Shown: positions 10,821 through 19,622 of the stretch, in pieces
How positions within the stretch are numbered: position 1 is the first letter of the stretch
Layout: every line of letters begins with the position of its first letter
Assembly (NCBI GenBank): GCA_044440125.1
Contig: JBITAJ010000024.1
Location: 14,576-78,575 of the forward strand
Source of the DNA: Sedimentisphaeraceae bacterium JB056
GTDB taxonomy: Bacteria > Planctomycetota > Phycisphaerae > Sedimentisphaerales > Sedimentisphaeraceae
Direction of reading: 5' to 3'
DNA length: 64,000 bases
The notes under the pieces: generated by a model
Told to the model about the DNA's origin: nothing
Database searches by the model: none
Seen by the model: only the letters and a program-made list of their open reading frames with translations
Program-made: the position numbers and the translations under genes

Positions 10821-11912
10821 TTAATGTTCCTTATAAATACCACATATTTTAATTCCAGGTAAAACATCTAAACCTTTATTCTCCAAAGATCGCAAAAGCA
10901 TATACGCCGCCTGCATACCTAACTCATTCAGATCGAACACCATCTTGTCAATCTCGTCAGGTAAAACAACCGATGTATTTTTATTTACATGAGTTATAAT
11001 CTTTACATTTTCACCAGGCATTAAACCCTTATTTGCCAGCTTCAATATATCTCTACAGCAATAAACATCATCAGCAAAATATATAGCCGAAACATCCTTA
11101 AACTCATCCGAAATCATAAAATCTATAAGATAATCCTGCCCGGAGAAAAAACTTATATTAGCATCATCTTTATATTTGTACTTTAGAGATTCGCACGCAG
11201 ATTTCAGACTTGACTCACCTTTATGCTCAGACAACGGCTCAAATATTGCTATATTTTCATACCCTTGAGCAACTAAGATCCCCACAGACCTCCTCACAGA
11301 ATCTTCGTTATCAATGGTTACACAATTATTGTGGACTTCATCCAAATCAATCAATGCATGGGGCACCTTCATTTTCTGGAATTCCAACATTTTCTCAGGA
11401 GGCCAATCCTGCACCCACAAAACCCCTCCATCGTAACCATCCAATATCTCGTAAAACACATCAAAATCAAAATCTCTGTCGTTGAGTAACTCGCATCTTT
11501 CTTCTACAATCCGCCTGCCAAAGGATGCCGCCACCTTTTCAAAGCCGGAATAGATACTCCTAAACACTTCGGAATCTCTTCTCCACTTGTGAACAAATTT
11601 GATATTATAAGTCTCTTGCACTGCTACTTTCTGTTTCAATCGGGATTTGTCGGATTTTAACAACCCCAAAGAGTCTACAATCTTCTCTCTAAACTCAGGA
11701 GAAACACCCTTGGCAAGAAAAGTGCCTTTGCCTTTTTGAGTGGATATAAGCCCGTAATCAGCGAGCCTATCCATAGCTCTTCTTACGGTATTAATAGATA
11801 CATTGAGCTCATCAACACAACGAGGATTGCTAAGCAACCTGTCTCCTACTGAGAGATTTTCAGATTCAATATAATCAAGGATAGATAAAACTGCCGCCTT
11901 TTCTTTATTCAT
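10821..11912 (-). CDS. GntR-family HTH fused to LacI-type sugar-binding domain (AraR-like regulator)
   Basis: GDRLLS...LNVSINTVRRAMDRL...GKGTFL wHTH followed by periplasmic-binding-like domain (VTIDNEDS); start moved to ATG 11912 with upstream AGGG. Confidence 0.8.
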   Translation of the reverse strand: MNKEKAAVLSILDYIESENLSVGDRLLSNPRCVDELNVSINTVRRAMDRLADYGLISTQKGKGTFLAKGVSPEFREKIVDSLGLLKSDKSRLKQKVAVQETYNIKFVHKWRRDSEVFRSIYSGFEKVAASFGRRIVEERCELLNDRDFDFDVFYEILDGYDGGVLWVQDWPPEKMLEFQKMKVPHALIDLDEVHNNCVTIDNEDSVRRSVGILVAQGYENIAIFEPLSEHKGESSLKSACESLKYKYKDDANISFFSGQDYLIDFMISDEFKDVSAIYFADDVYCCRDILKLANKGLMPGENVKIITHVNKNTSVVLPDEIDKMVFDLNELGMQAAYMLLRSLENKGLDVLPGIKICGIYKEH

Positions 11913-11955
11913 AATACACCCTATATGTGATGAAAGTTCAATTTTATTATAGGAA

Positions 11956-11984
11956 ATATTATAAGACAAACAAGCTCTTGTCAA
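11956..11984 (-). promoter_or_regulatory. sigma70-type promoter of the GntR regulator
   Basis: TTGACA-17 nt-TAATAT on the minus strand in the divergent intergenic region. Confidence 0.55.
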
Positions 11985-12134
11985 GTGATTTTTCTAAAAA
12001 ACAAATATTAATTTTATCAAAAAGCACAAAATAGCCATTTTATCAAAAAAAAACAGTTGCTTTTTCAATGCATATAATATATAAAAACAATTTTGCATAA
12101 CATAAATATTATAAGTTTTTGACAGGTGGCATAA

Positions 12135-14642
12135 ATGTGTGTCCTTAAAATTACCGTAATACTATTAGTTTTCTACCAAAGCGCATTCTGCATCTCAGAT
12201 GAATGTTCACTGTTTTATAGTGAACAACAGAACATAACAGCTGACCTGAACAAAGATTGCTATATCGACAGTGAAGACGTCTATATATTAGTCTCAAATT
12301 GGCTTGAATGCATAGACAACTCTAATCCTGCGTGCAGAGACTTTGAGCCGATCGAGAATCTCTCATATAATAAGCCTGTATACTATTCAATCCCACCGGA
12401 TTCGCCTGCCGACAATACGTCGAGTTCCAAGCTTACCGACGGGCAGACAAACCCATCCGGGCAGAAACTTGATAATATGACAGTCGGTTGGAGATGGGCA
12501 GGCTACGACAAGGTCGATTCACAGGGATTATATGTATGCGTCGACTTGGGTGAAAACAAGCCTATAGGCGAAATATCACTGAGTGTCTTTACTGACACAA
12601 TAGCCACCGCCTTCTACAAAGCTCCCAAAAAAATCACTGCAATGATAAGCAGTGATGGCGAAAATTTCTATGAAGTAAAGACATTGTGCAAAAGTTCTGC
12701 CTACGGCAATCATCTACCCAAAAATGTTGAAACCTTTAGTCTTGATGAATATACTCCTGTAAGAAAAACAAATAAAATAACATTTAATACCAAAGGCGCA
12801 CCGGCACGATATGTAGGATTTCGAATAGTTTCAGAGTATTTTATGTTCTGGATGGATGAGATTCAGGTAATGTCTTCCGGATCAGGAATCGATAACAACA
12901 GTAGCATTTATAATAGCGAAAATAGAAAGCCTTTCTATATCGGTCATGGGCTTGCGCAAAAAGACAGCATCTACTTCGGGCCAACGCAAGACCAACTTGT
13001 TGTTGCTCAAAACGCAGATATACCTGCAATTCTATCTTTTGGAGACTATAGAGGCAGCGGAAACGATGTTTTCTCGCCGGCAACAAGTAATACTTGCTAT
13101 GAAATGACATTTGTTATTGACTTACCGTCCGATATTAGCATAGCCGAGAATGAACCATTCAGCTATAATCTTATCCTGACCGACGACTATGTAGAAAATG
13201 ACACAAATAGAACAAAATACACTTTTAGGTTAATAGCTTCTGAAAATGGTGTTGCATATCCGGGTGTAGGGAAGGGGTCAAGAGGAAGACTACTATGGGA
13301 TGTATACTTCGGGCCAATATACTTCAAAACACAAACCGATTTTCAAGGGCAGCAAGAAGCTTACTTCTATTGCGTCATGAATGACGGCACAGAGATATCA
13401 AAAATTAAGGTACCGATTTATTCGATACAGATTCCACAGACTCAACCGGTTGAAAATTCCTATGTTGGTCTCGCATGGATGGAAGATTTTTTCGCATTAC
13501 AATGGCCTGATTTCTTCAACAACTACAAATCTATCGGCTTTAACACGGTGTCTACCTTTCCACGTCGATATACGACAACGAACGGAAACCTGCCACAAGA
13601 GGCATTGGATTTCTACGATGACATAGTCAGTGAAGGGCTCAAAAAGTGTTATGTAGAATCTCCTCTTGCGGTATTGAGATATATTGACGGCACAGGCTGT
13701 ACGTCTCATCCTGACACCTCAGTCTGTCCATCTTATACCGGCACTGAATATTGGGACGATATAAACACAATACATTCCTACTGGAACCAAATCAATCCTG
13801 ATTATGTTTTCTATGACATAGAAGTCTTCGATGGAGACCTGCTCAGTCGCGTAGCCTCGTGCACAAGATGCCAAGCTGCTATTTCACAGTCGGGTCTGTC
13901 CACAGAAGAATATTTGAAAAAATGCGGTCAAAGAATATTGGAAGACCTGAGAGGGGATGTCTCGTCTATACCGGAGATAAGAAATGAAAAAATTGGTTCT
14001 TATCATATTGATGTTGAAAACAGTCCCTATCAGAACGTATTTAGTTTCACGGATTCTTTTCCAAACTATCCGGACAATTTAGATTTTGGTATGCCAAGTT
14101 GGTACCTTGCCGGAACACTGGAAAGTATACACGAAAGATGCACGAACCAGTATACGGAAATACAACAAACCAAGCTATACATCCCTTGGATTACAGCCGG
14201 CACATACGGCGAATTCTGCTCGTTCAAAATAGAGCCTATGATTTATGAGATTTTCATTAATGGCGGCGGTGGAGTTGCTTTCTTTTCTTATTTAGATTTT
14301 GACACACCATTGGATTACTACTATACTGCCAAAGCACTGAAAACAATAAATACATATTCAGATGTGTTTGAGTCAGGCAATCCAATCGTCTCCTGGACAG
14401 GAACAAATAGCAAGATGAGCTATTCCGCAATCAAGTCAGACGATAAATATATCCTAATGATTGGTAACTATTCAGACACTCAACAAACAACAAGTTTTCA
14501 AATCCCCTATAACGATGCAAAATCCACGTACGTATATAATATAACAAAAAATATTATAGAAGCAGATGGGACTAAGAACCCAGCTATAAATTTAACCTTG
14601 GATACTCAAGAATTTTGCTTATATTACGTAATAACTTTTTAA
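12135..14642 (+). CDS. secreted hypothetical protein: dockerin-like repeat, discoidin-like domain, putative catalytic domain; paralog of 6293-8641
   Basis: Signal peptide, ADLNKDCYIDSEDVYILVSNWLEC, LTDG...VDLG, shared motifs PDYVFYDIE and PWITAGTYGE. Confidence 0.7.
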   Translation: MCVLKITVILLVFYQSAFCISDECSLFYSEQQNITADLNKDCYIDSEDVYILVSNWLECIDNSNPACRDFEPIENLSYNKPVYYSIPPDSPADNTSSSKLTDGQTNPSGQKLDNMTVGWRWAGYDKVDSQGLYVCVDLGENKPIGEISLSVFTDTIATAFYKAPKKITAMISSDGENFYEVKTLCKSSAYGNHLPKNVETFSLDEYTPVRKTNKITFNTKGAPARYVGFRIVSEYFMFWMDEIQVMSSGSGIDNNSSIYNSENRKPFYIGHGLAQKDSIYFGPTQDQLVVAQNADIPAILSFGDYRGSGNDVFSPATSNTCYEMTFVIDLPSDISIAENEPFSYNLILTDDYVENDTNRTKYTFRLIASENGVAYPGVGKGSRGRLLWDVYFGPIYFKTQTDFQGQQEAYFYCVMNDGTEISKIKVPIYSIQIPQTQPVENSYVGLAWMEDFFALQWPDFFNNYKSIGFNTVSTFPRRYTTTNGNLPQEALDFYDDIVSEGLKKCYVESPLAVLRYIDGTGCTSHPDTSVCPSYTGTEYWDDINTIHSYWNQINPDYVFYDIEVFDGDLLSRVASCTRCQAAISQSGLSTEEYLKKCGQRILEDLRGDVSSIPEIRNEKIGSYHIDVENSPYQNVFSFTDSFPNYPDNLDFGMPSWYLAGTLESIHERCTNQYTEIQQTKLYIPWITAGTYGEFCSFKIEPMIYEIFINGGGGVAFFSYLDFDTPLDYYYTAKALKTINTYSDVFESGNPIVSWTGTNSKMSYSAIKSDDKYILMIGNYSDTQQTTSFQIPYNDAKSTYVYNITKNIIEADGTKNPAINLTLDTQEFCLYYVITF

Positions 14643-14669
14643 TTTTAAATTATTCGGAGCTAATTAGAG

Positions 14670-15848
14670 ATGAGAAAAGCTAAAATAGGAATTATCGGTG
14701 CAGGGCACTTTGTAAGAGGACATCACTTGGAGACGGCACGTAAATCTGACTTAATGGAAATACGCGCTGTCGCCGACATAATTCCCGAAAGACTAAATAA
14801 GTTCACGGAGATAGCTCCAATAGGCTATACTACATTTGATTACAAGAAACTCCTTGATGATGAAGAAATTGATATTGTCATAATAGGAACTAAGCAAGAC
14901 CTCCATGCAAAAATGATTGTTGAGAGTCTTGATGCAGGTAAATGGGTGTATTGTGAGAAACCAATGAGCCAAAATGAAGAGGAATCACAGATGGTTCTCG
15001 ATGCAGAAAAAAGAAACCCCGGAAAACTTGCAATTGGTTTCAACAGAAGATTTTCCCCGGCAATCCAAAAAATAAGGCAACTTATGGCAAATGAAAAACG
15101 CCCATGGTATATCGATTACATTCTTATGTCTCCTGCATTAGATTACAACAAACCAGGTAGTTATTATGCGAATCAGCCAAGAATCCTCTACGAAGGATGC
15201 CATATTTTAGACCTTTTATGCTGGATGTTAGGAACTGCCCCATCAAGCGTATATATGACAGGTAATATACACAATAATTGCTGTATAATAGGGTTTGATG
15301 ATGGTTCTCAGGTATCTTTTACTTGTGGCTCCACAGGGTCATGGTGTTTATACAAAGAAATGATGCATATTTTCTGCGACTATAAGTCTATAGCTATGAC
15401 AGACTTTATTGATCTGAAGATAAGGGGATTTAAAGGTGAGTTCGATAAAGTATATCCACCATTTGAAGAAGAATACAAACAAGACGTATTAAAATATGGG
15501 TATGATTACTGGGAAGCCCTTACCAATAAGCGAGCTATCGAGTACAAAGACGAGAAATATTCTACTGAGAAATATTACAAACAATATGGTATTTATACGG
15601 AAAAAATAAAACGGCCGGTACCTATCCCTAAAGAACCCGTAGATTACGGCTTCTCCGACCCTGAGTTTCTTGTACTTCACCCGGATAAAGGCTGGAAAAA
15701 CGCATTAGAACACTTCGTAGAATGCTTTATCACAAACCAAGAACCTGAAAATGCAAACGGTTCTTCAGGGTATTTAAGCACACTACTCGCAGAAAAACTA
15801 CTTGAATCTATGCATACAGGTAAACCTATACCAATAACTTGCGATTAA
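14670..15848 (+). CDS. Gfo/Idh/MocA family NAD(P)-dependent oxidoreductase
   Basis: IGIIGAG Rossmann motif, AGKWVYCEKP, GFNRRF, GCHILD. Confidence 0.88.
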   Translation: MRKAKIGIIGAGHFVRGHHLETARKSDLMEIRAVADIIPERLNKFTEIAPIGYTTFDYKKLLDDEEIDIVIIGTKQDLHAKMIVESLDAGKWVYCEKPMSQNEEESQMVLDAEKRNPGKLAIGFNRRFSPAIQKIRQLMANEKRPWYIDYILMSPALDYNKPGSYYANQPRILYEGCHILDLLCWMLGTAPSSVYMTGNIHNNCCIIGFDDGSQVSFTCGSTGSWCLYKEMMHIFCDYKSIAMTDFIDLKIRGFKGEFDKVYPPFEEEYKQDVLKYGYDYWEALTNKRAIEYKDEKYSTEKYYKQYGIYTEKIKRPVPIPKEPVDYGFSDPEFLVLHPDKGWKNALEHFVECFITNQEPENANGSSGYLSTLLAEKLLESMHTGKPIPITCD

Positions 15849-15901
15849 TTAGAACTACCTCTTAACAAACTAATAGGTTGTAAATCTAACCGACTATTAA
15901 G

Positions 15902-15925
15902 TGCCCACGTTCAAGGACGTGGGCA
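15902..15925 (+). terminator. GC-rich hairpin (terminator or REP/IS605-end-like palindrome)
   Basis: TGCCCACGT-TCAAGG-ACGTGGGCA just downstream of 14670-15848. Confidence 0.45.
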
Positions 15926-16024
15926 TAATTTTGAAAGTTTCGGCTCTTAGATTGCGAGATAAGCCACCAGTTTTATGATTGCAGTACATTGTATGTTGAG
16001 TCTTTCACTGAAAGATAAATGTAA

Positions 16025-16081
16025 AGTTAATGAATAATGGTTTTTCGAGGCGTTTTGCCGCCTTGAAAACCTTGGTTGTAC
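16025..16081 (-). other. imperfect hairpin downstream of the IS91 transposase (attC-like or IS91 end structure)
   Basis: Minus strand TACAAC-CAA-GGTTTTCAAGGCG-GCAAAA-CGCCTCGAAAAACC-ATTATTC-ATTAAC. Confidence 0.35.
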
Positions 16082-16231
16082 TGAACGCGGGCAATTTTGG
16101 AGGTGGATTGGGGGTGATTTGTGCCGTTTGGCTTAGTGTTTCAGTTGGTTTTGGCTTTTTATTTTGCTGATTTTATGAATTATCTGCCCTCTGCGCGCAA
16201 CGGTACTACTGACATTGAAGTATTGTTCAAA

Positions 16232-16723
16232 TCATTGATTGTGTGCTTGCAGTCGTTTGAAGATCTCGGCAATTGATGGACTTCTTGAGCGTGGTCTGGG
16301 TAGTTTTTCTATCAACGTCAGGTGCTCACTCTTGCAATGTGGGCACCTTGGCGTTATTGTCGTTTGCACTTGCTCAACGGCAACAGTTTTCTTAGTCGCA
16401 GGTTGTGGGCAATCACCGAATAAGTTCATCAACTTGACAAGCTTGAGTACGTGATATTTATGTGAGCTGTGCCATATACCATAGTACCGAACTTTATGAA
16501 AGCCCTTGGGTAATACGTGTTGCAGGTATCTACGCATAAATTCATGACCTGTTACCTTGCAGGTCTTAAAGCGTTTTGCCTTACGGTCCTTATACCTGAA
16601 CGTAACAAACTCATCATCAATAGCTAAAATACGGCTGTTGGTGATTGCTACCCTGTGAACGTATCTTGAGAGGTAATTCAGCACTGCTTTATTGCCCTTG
16701 CCGTAATGGATGCTATGGCACAC
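16232..16723 (-). pseudogene. IS91-family (Y2, rolling-circle) transposase, C-terminal fragment
   Basis: YLSRYVHRVAITNSRI (YxxxY), VTFRYKD, EFMRRYLQHVLPKGFHKVRYYG, C-terminal CPHC; the 5' part is replaced by the element starting at ~16723. Confidence 0.88.
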
Positions 16724-16842
16724 CCCGTCCCGTATCATTTGAATTTGGGTTAAAACACAAGGGTTTGTAGTGGATACGAATAATTCTTATAGGATTAGGG
16801 GGAGAAATGGCAAAAGTGAGCTTATGGTAGCCTAAAGATGGG

Positions 16843-16866
16843 TTCTGGCGGTGTTTCAAAACTCAT
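16843..16866 (+). repeat. inner inverted repeat, left copy
   Basis: TTCTGGCGGTGTTTCAAAACTCAT; 22/24 match to the reverse complement of 18078-18101. Confidence 0.9.
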
Positions 16867-16952
16867 CGGTGCCTAATTTTCATTGGAATTTTATAATTTT
16901 GGAGCAAATTTAAAAGTTAAAAATTGCTCTAAATTTCTTCGGCAGTATCATT

Positions 16953-18068
16953 GTGTTTATTATGAGACAAACATTAAGATTATTCACTGCATTAATGACG
17001 GGCCTGACTGATAAAGGAACTCAAGCAGCTCTATTAAATATGCAAAAATCGATTGATTATTGTATCGAGGAAAACCGAGTTCTGCGAGAGCTGTTGGAAC
17101 AGAATTATGGCTGCAAACGAATCATGCTTACCGACAAGCAAAGAAGACAACTTGCGAAAAAAGGATACGCACTCGGCAAGCATATTTTAGCCGATGTTAC
17201 GGTGCTATTTCAACCATCTACAATTCTTGGTTGGTATAGAAAATTAATCGCTCAAAAATATGACAGCTCTAAAAGTGGACGTAAATCCGGAAGACCAAGA
17301 GTAACTGCTGAGAAGATAGAGAATGTTTTGCGTATTGCAAAATCTAATCCATCCTGGGGATATGATAAAATAGCGGGAATTATGGCTTATATCAATCTGC
17401 CACTTAGCCGTTCAACTGTTAAACGTATTCTTGACGATCACGGCATCGTACCAGAGCCAGATTTCCAAAAACGGGTTACTTGGAAACAATTCTTAAAATC
17501 GCATCTTGATGTCATTTCGGCTACGGACTTCTTTACTGTTGAATTACTGACCAAGCGTGGTTTAGTGAGATGTATGGTATTGTTCTTTATCGATATTGGA
17601 ACCCGTAAAGTAGAGATAGCTGGCGTCAAATGTAACCCCGACGGCCAATGGATGCAGCAAATAGCTCGCAATATTACTGACCCTTTTGATGGTTTTCTAA
17701 AAGATAAGCGATATTTAATACACGATAGAGACAGCCTTTACACCACAAGATTCGATGAGATACTGGAAAATTCAGGCGTTGAAGTCGTGGAGACTTCAGT
17801 GTGTGCTCCGAACATGAACGCATATGCAGAACGATTTGTTCAAACTATAAAGCAGGAATGTTTGGACAAAATGGTATTGACCAGCCAAAAGCAACTTGAA
17901 TATGTTATTGAACAATTTATGGAGCACTATCATCATGAAAGGCCACATCTTGGACTCGGCGGAAAAATCATAGCTCCTCTGCCGCAAGATAAATACGGTG
18001 AAATTGTAGAATTTCAGCGGCTTGGCGGCTTACTGAAATCATATCGCAGAGTCAAAAAAGCGGCATAG
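16953..18068 (+). CDS. integrase-core (rve, DDE) transposase
   Basis: ATDFFTVE, LIHDRD, NAYAERFVQTIKQECL DDE triad; N-terminal HTH and GRPR; C-terminal RLGGLL; possible start at ATG 16962. Confidence 0.9.
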   Translation: MFIMRQTLRLFTALMTGLTDKGTQAALLNMQKSIDYCIEENRVLRELLEQNYGCKRIMLTDKQRRQLAKKGYALGKHILADVTVLFQPSTILGWYRKLIAQKYDSSKSGRKSGRPRVTAEKIENVLRIAKSNPSWGYDKIAGIMAYINLPLSRSTVKRILDDHGIVPEPDFQKRVTWKQFLKSHLDVISATDFFTVELLTKRGLVRCMVLFFIDIGTRKVEIAGVKCNPDGQWMQQIARNITDPFDGFLKDKRYLIHDRDSLYTTRFDEILENSGVEVVETSVCAPNMNAYAERFVQTIKQECLDKMVLTSQKQLEYVIEQFMEHYHHERPHLGLGGKIIAPLPQDKYGEIVEFQRLGGLLKSYRRVKKAA

Positions 18069-18077
18069 AGAAGGTTT

Positions 18078-18101
18078 ATGACTTTTGGAACACCGCCAGA
18101 A
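18078..18101 (-). repeat. inner inverted repeat, right copy
   Basis: ATGACTTTTGGAACACCGCCAGAA, 10 nt after the transposase stop. Confidence 0.9.
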
Positions 18102-18443
18102 GCACTAAACATAAGCTAAAAATGGCAATAGTTCACAAATAGCGATTACTGTTAACTCAAAAGAAAAGCAAAGCATGATTTCGTAATAATTCAAGCTGAT
18201 TTTAACCAGAAAACGATAGCTTAAGAAAAATCAAAAAAGATTTGACACTCTCTATTTTTGAGAGCATAAAGCTTCACAAACTTAGAATACCTCAAAACAG
18301 CCTTTTCGTAAATACCATATTTGCAGATATTTGCAAAAACAGAGACTTTTTCCAAACAAGGGTAATTCGATTTTACCACCCCCGATGAATTTTTGTGTTA
18401 ACCCGAAAAACATTTCCACATACGCGTATGGAACGGGGAGCTC

Positions 18444-18477
18444 AAGGTCAGCTGTTACGTACAGCTGACCTTTTTTT
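18444..18477 (+). terminator. intrinsic terminator
   Basis: AAGGTCAGCTGT-TACGT-ACAGCTGACCTT followed by a T run. Confidence 0.75.
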
Positions 18478-18929
18478 GTTTACGCAGAGCGATATTATTC
18501 TACCGAGATACCAAAAGTACAATTATCACACAAAGTCCTTGTTAAACAAGGGCTTACGGTTATTTTCAACATTGCAGCGTAAGAAGTCTTCGCAACAGAA
18601 AATTCTCTCTTCTTTTTAGGTTGTTGATATTCAGCCAGCCCAAGCATCTTATTTTGCCGTAAATCTCTCTGAATCTCTCTTAAAAGTTCTCTCTTTTCCG
18701 CACCCGTCCCACTCGTGCATCTTCAAAAACCATCCTTTTTTACCTTTTCAAAAATTTGTTTAACAACCGCATTCTCTTCGTACCCTTACCTGCGCAACGC
18801 TTTGTTAACTTTTCGGGTATATAATACATGTGCTTGTATTGCCTTAGTATTTTATCAACTTCTGCCTGGCTGTTTTCCTGACTCAAAGAGTAAGAGATCG
18901 CAGGCTCTTTTTCCGGAGAACTTGCCTTA

Positions 18930-19073
18930 ATGAACCAACATATTTCTTACCGTAAAAGACGGGAACAAATCATCAATATTCTGTGCCGTGGTATCCGTCG
19001 TTTGGCCGATAAAGACATAGAACTCAAAGACACAAAAACCTCTAAAAAACTCTCTCAATCTCCGTTAACTTAA
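18930..19073 (+). CDS. small 47-aa protein upstream of DUF2924 (not in ORF track)
   Basis: GGAGA RBS at 18915; MNQHISYRKRREQIINILCRGIRRLADKD...; resembles the short RxxEIxxILxxGxxRL peptides I recall preceding DUF2924/recombinase modules. Confidence 0.55.
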   Translation: MNQHISYRKRREQIINILCRGIRRLADKDIELKDTKTSKKLSQSPLT

Positions 19074-19142
19074 CTTGATACTTGGCTGGCTTTATGGCTT
19101 AATTGCTTTGTAAACAGATAGTTAAGTTAACGGAGATTCATT

Positions 19143-19622
19143 ATGATGGCAATAGAACGACAGAAAGAAAAACTCAAAGATTTATCACTCTCAGAGCTGA
19201 GAACAGAGTACGAGAAAGTGTTTGGAGAAATTACTACCAGTCGTCATCGACACTATATTATCAAGCGTCTGCTTTGGAAAATTCAGGCTAATGAGCAGGG
19301 AGATTTATCTGCCAGAGCATTAGTCAGAGCAGCCAAACTTGCAGACTTCTCACAAATAAGGCTTACTGAGCCTAAGTCAAAAAGTCAAACCATTAAAAAG
19401 CCGATCAATTTTAATCTATCCCTGCAAAAAGAAGAGGACTCTTGTGGTTTCCAACTTGAGCGAATTTATAAAGGAAAACGGATTGTTGTAACAATGACTG
19501 ATAACGGTGTACGGTTTAACGGCAAGCTTTACAGGTCGCTTTCTGCCGTTGCCAAAGAGGTTACCGGTACTCATACCAGCGGCAAAGCATTCTTCGGTTT
19601 AACAAAGAGAAAGGCAAACTGA
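19143..19622 (+). CDS. DUF2924 domain protein
   Basis: LSLSELRTEYEKVFG, LLWKIQANEQGDLS, LERIYKG, YRSLSAVAKEVTGTHTSGKAFFGL; stop overlaps recombinase start. Confidence 0.85.
   Translation: MMAIERQKEKLKDLSLSELRTEYEKVFGEITTSRHRHYIIKRLLWKIQANEQGDLSARALVRAAKLADFSQIRLTEPKSKSQTIKKPINFNLSLQKEEDSCGFQLERIYKGKRIVVTMTDNGVRFNGKLYRSLSAVAKEVTGTHTSGKAFFGLTKRKAN

Larger units (their letters stand above)
16723..18438 (+). mobile_element. ~1.7-kb insertion sequence with rve/DDE transposase and long non-coding ends
   Basis: Imperfect terminal IR CCCCGTCCCGTA ... TATGGAACGGGG (10/12), inner 24-bp IR pair; both ends recur at 60225-60542 and the left end recurs inverted near 24450-24602. Confidence 0.75.

Noticed and set aside
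16724..16738. Listed start (MIRDG) of ORF 16232-16738
   Set aside because: These codons come from the inserted element's end, so the ORF is a truncated IS91 transposase
16836..18110. Target-site duplication around the inner IR pair
   Set aside because: Flanks (GATGGG / GCACTA) are not direct repeats
18361..18385. Complete tRNA gene (also at ~60467-60491)
   Set aside because: Only a T-arm-like 3' portion is present, with no matching 5' acceptor strand, D arm or anticodon arm
18531..18557. XerCD dif site
   Set aside because: The spacer is 5 nt rather than 6 and there is no TTATGTTAAAT-like XerD arm; it fits IHF-like boxes better
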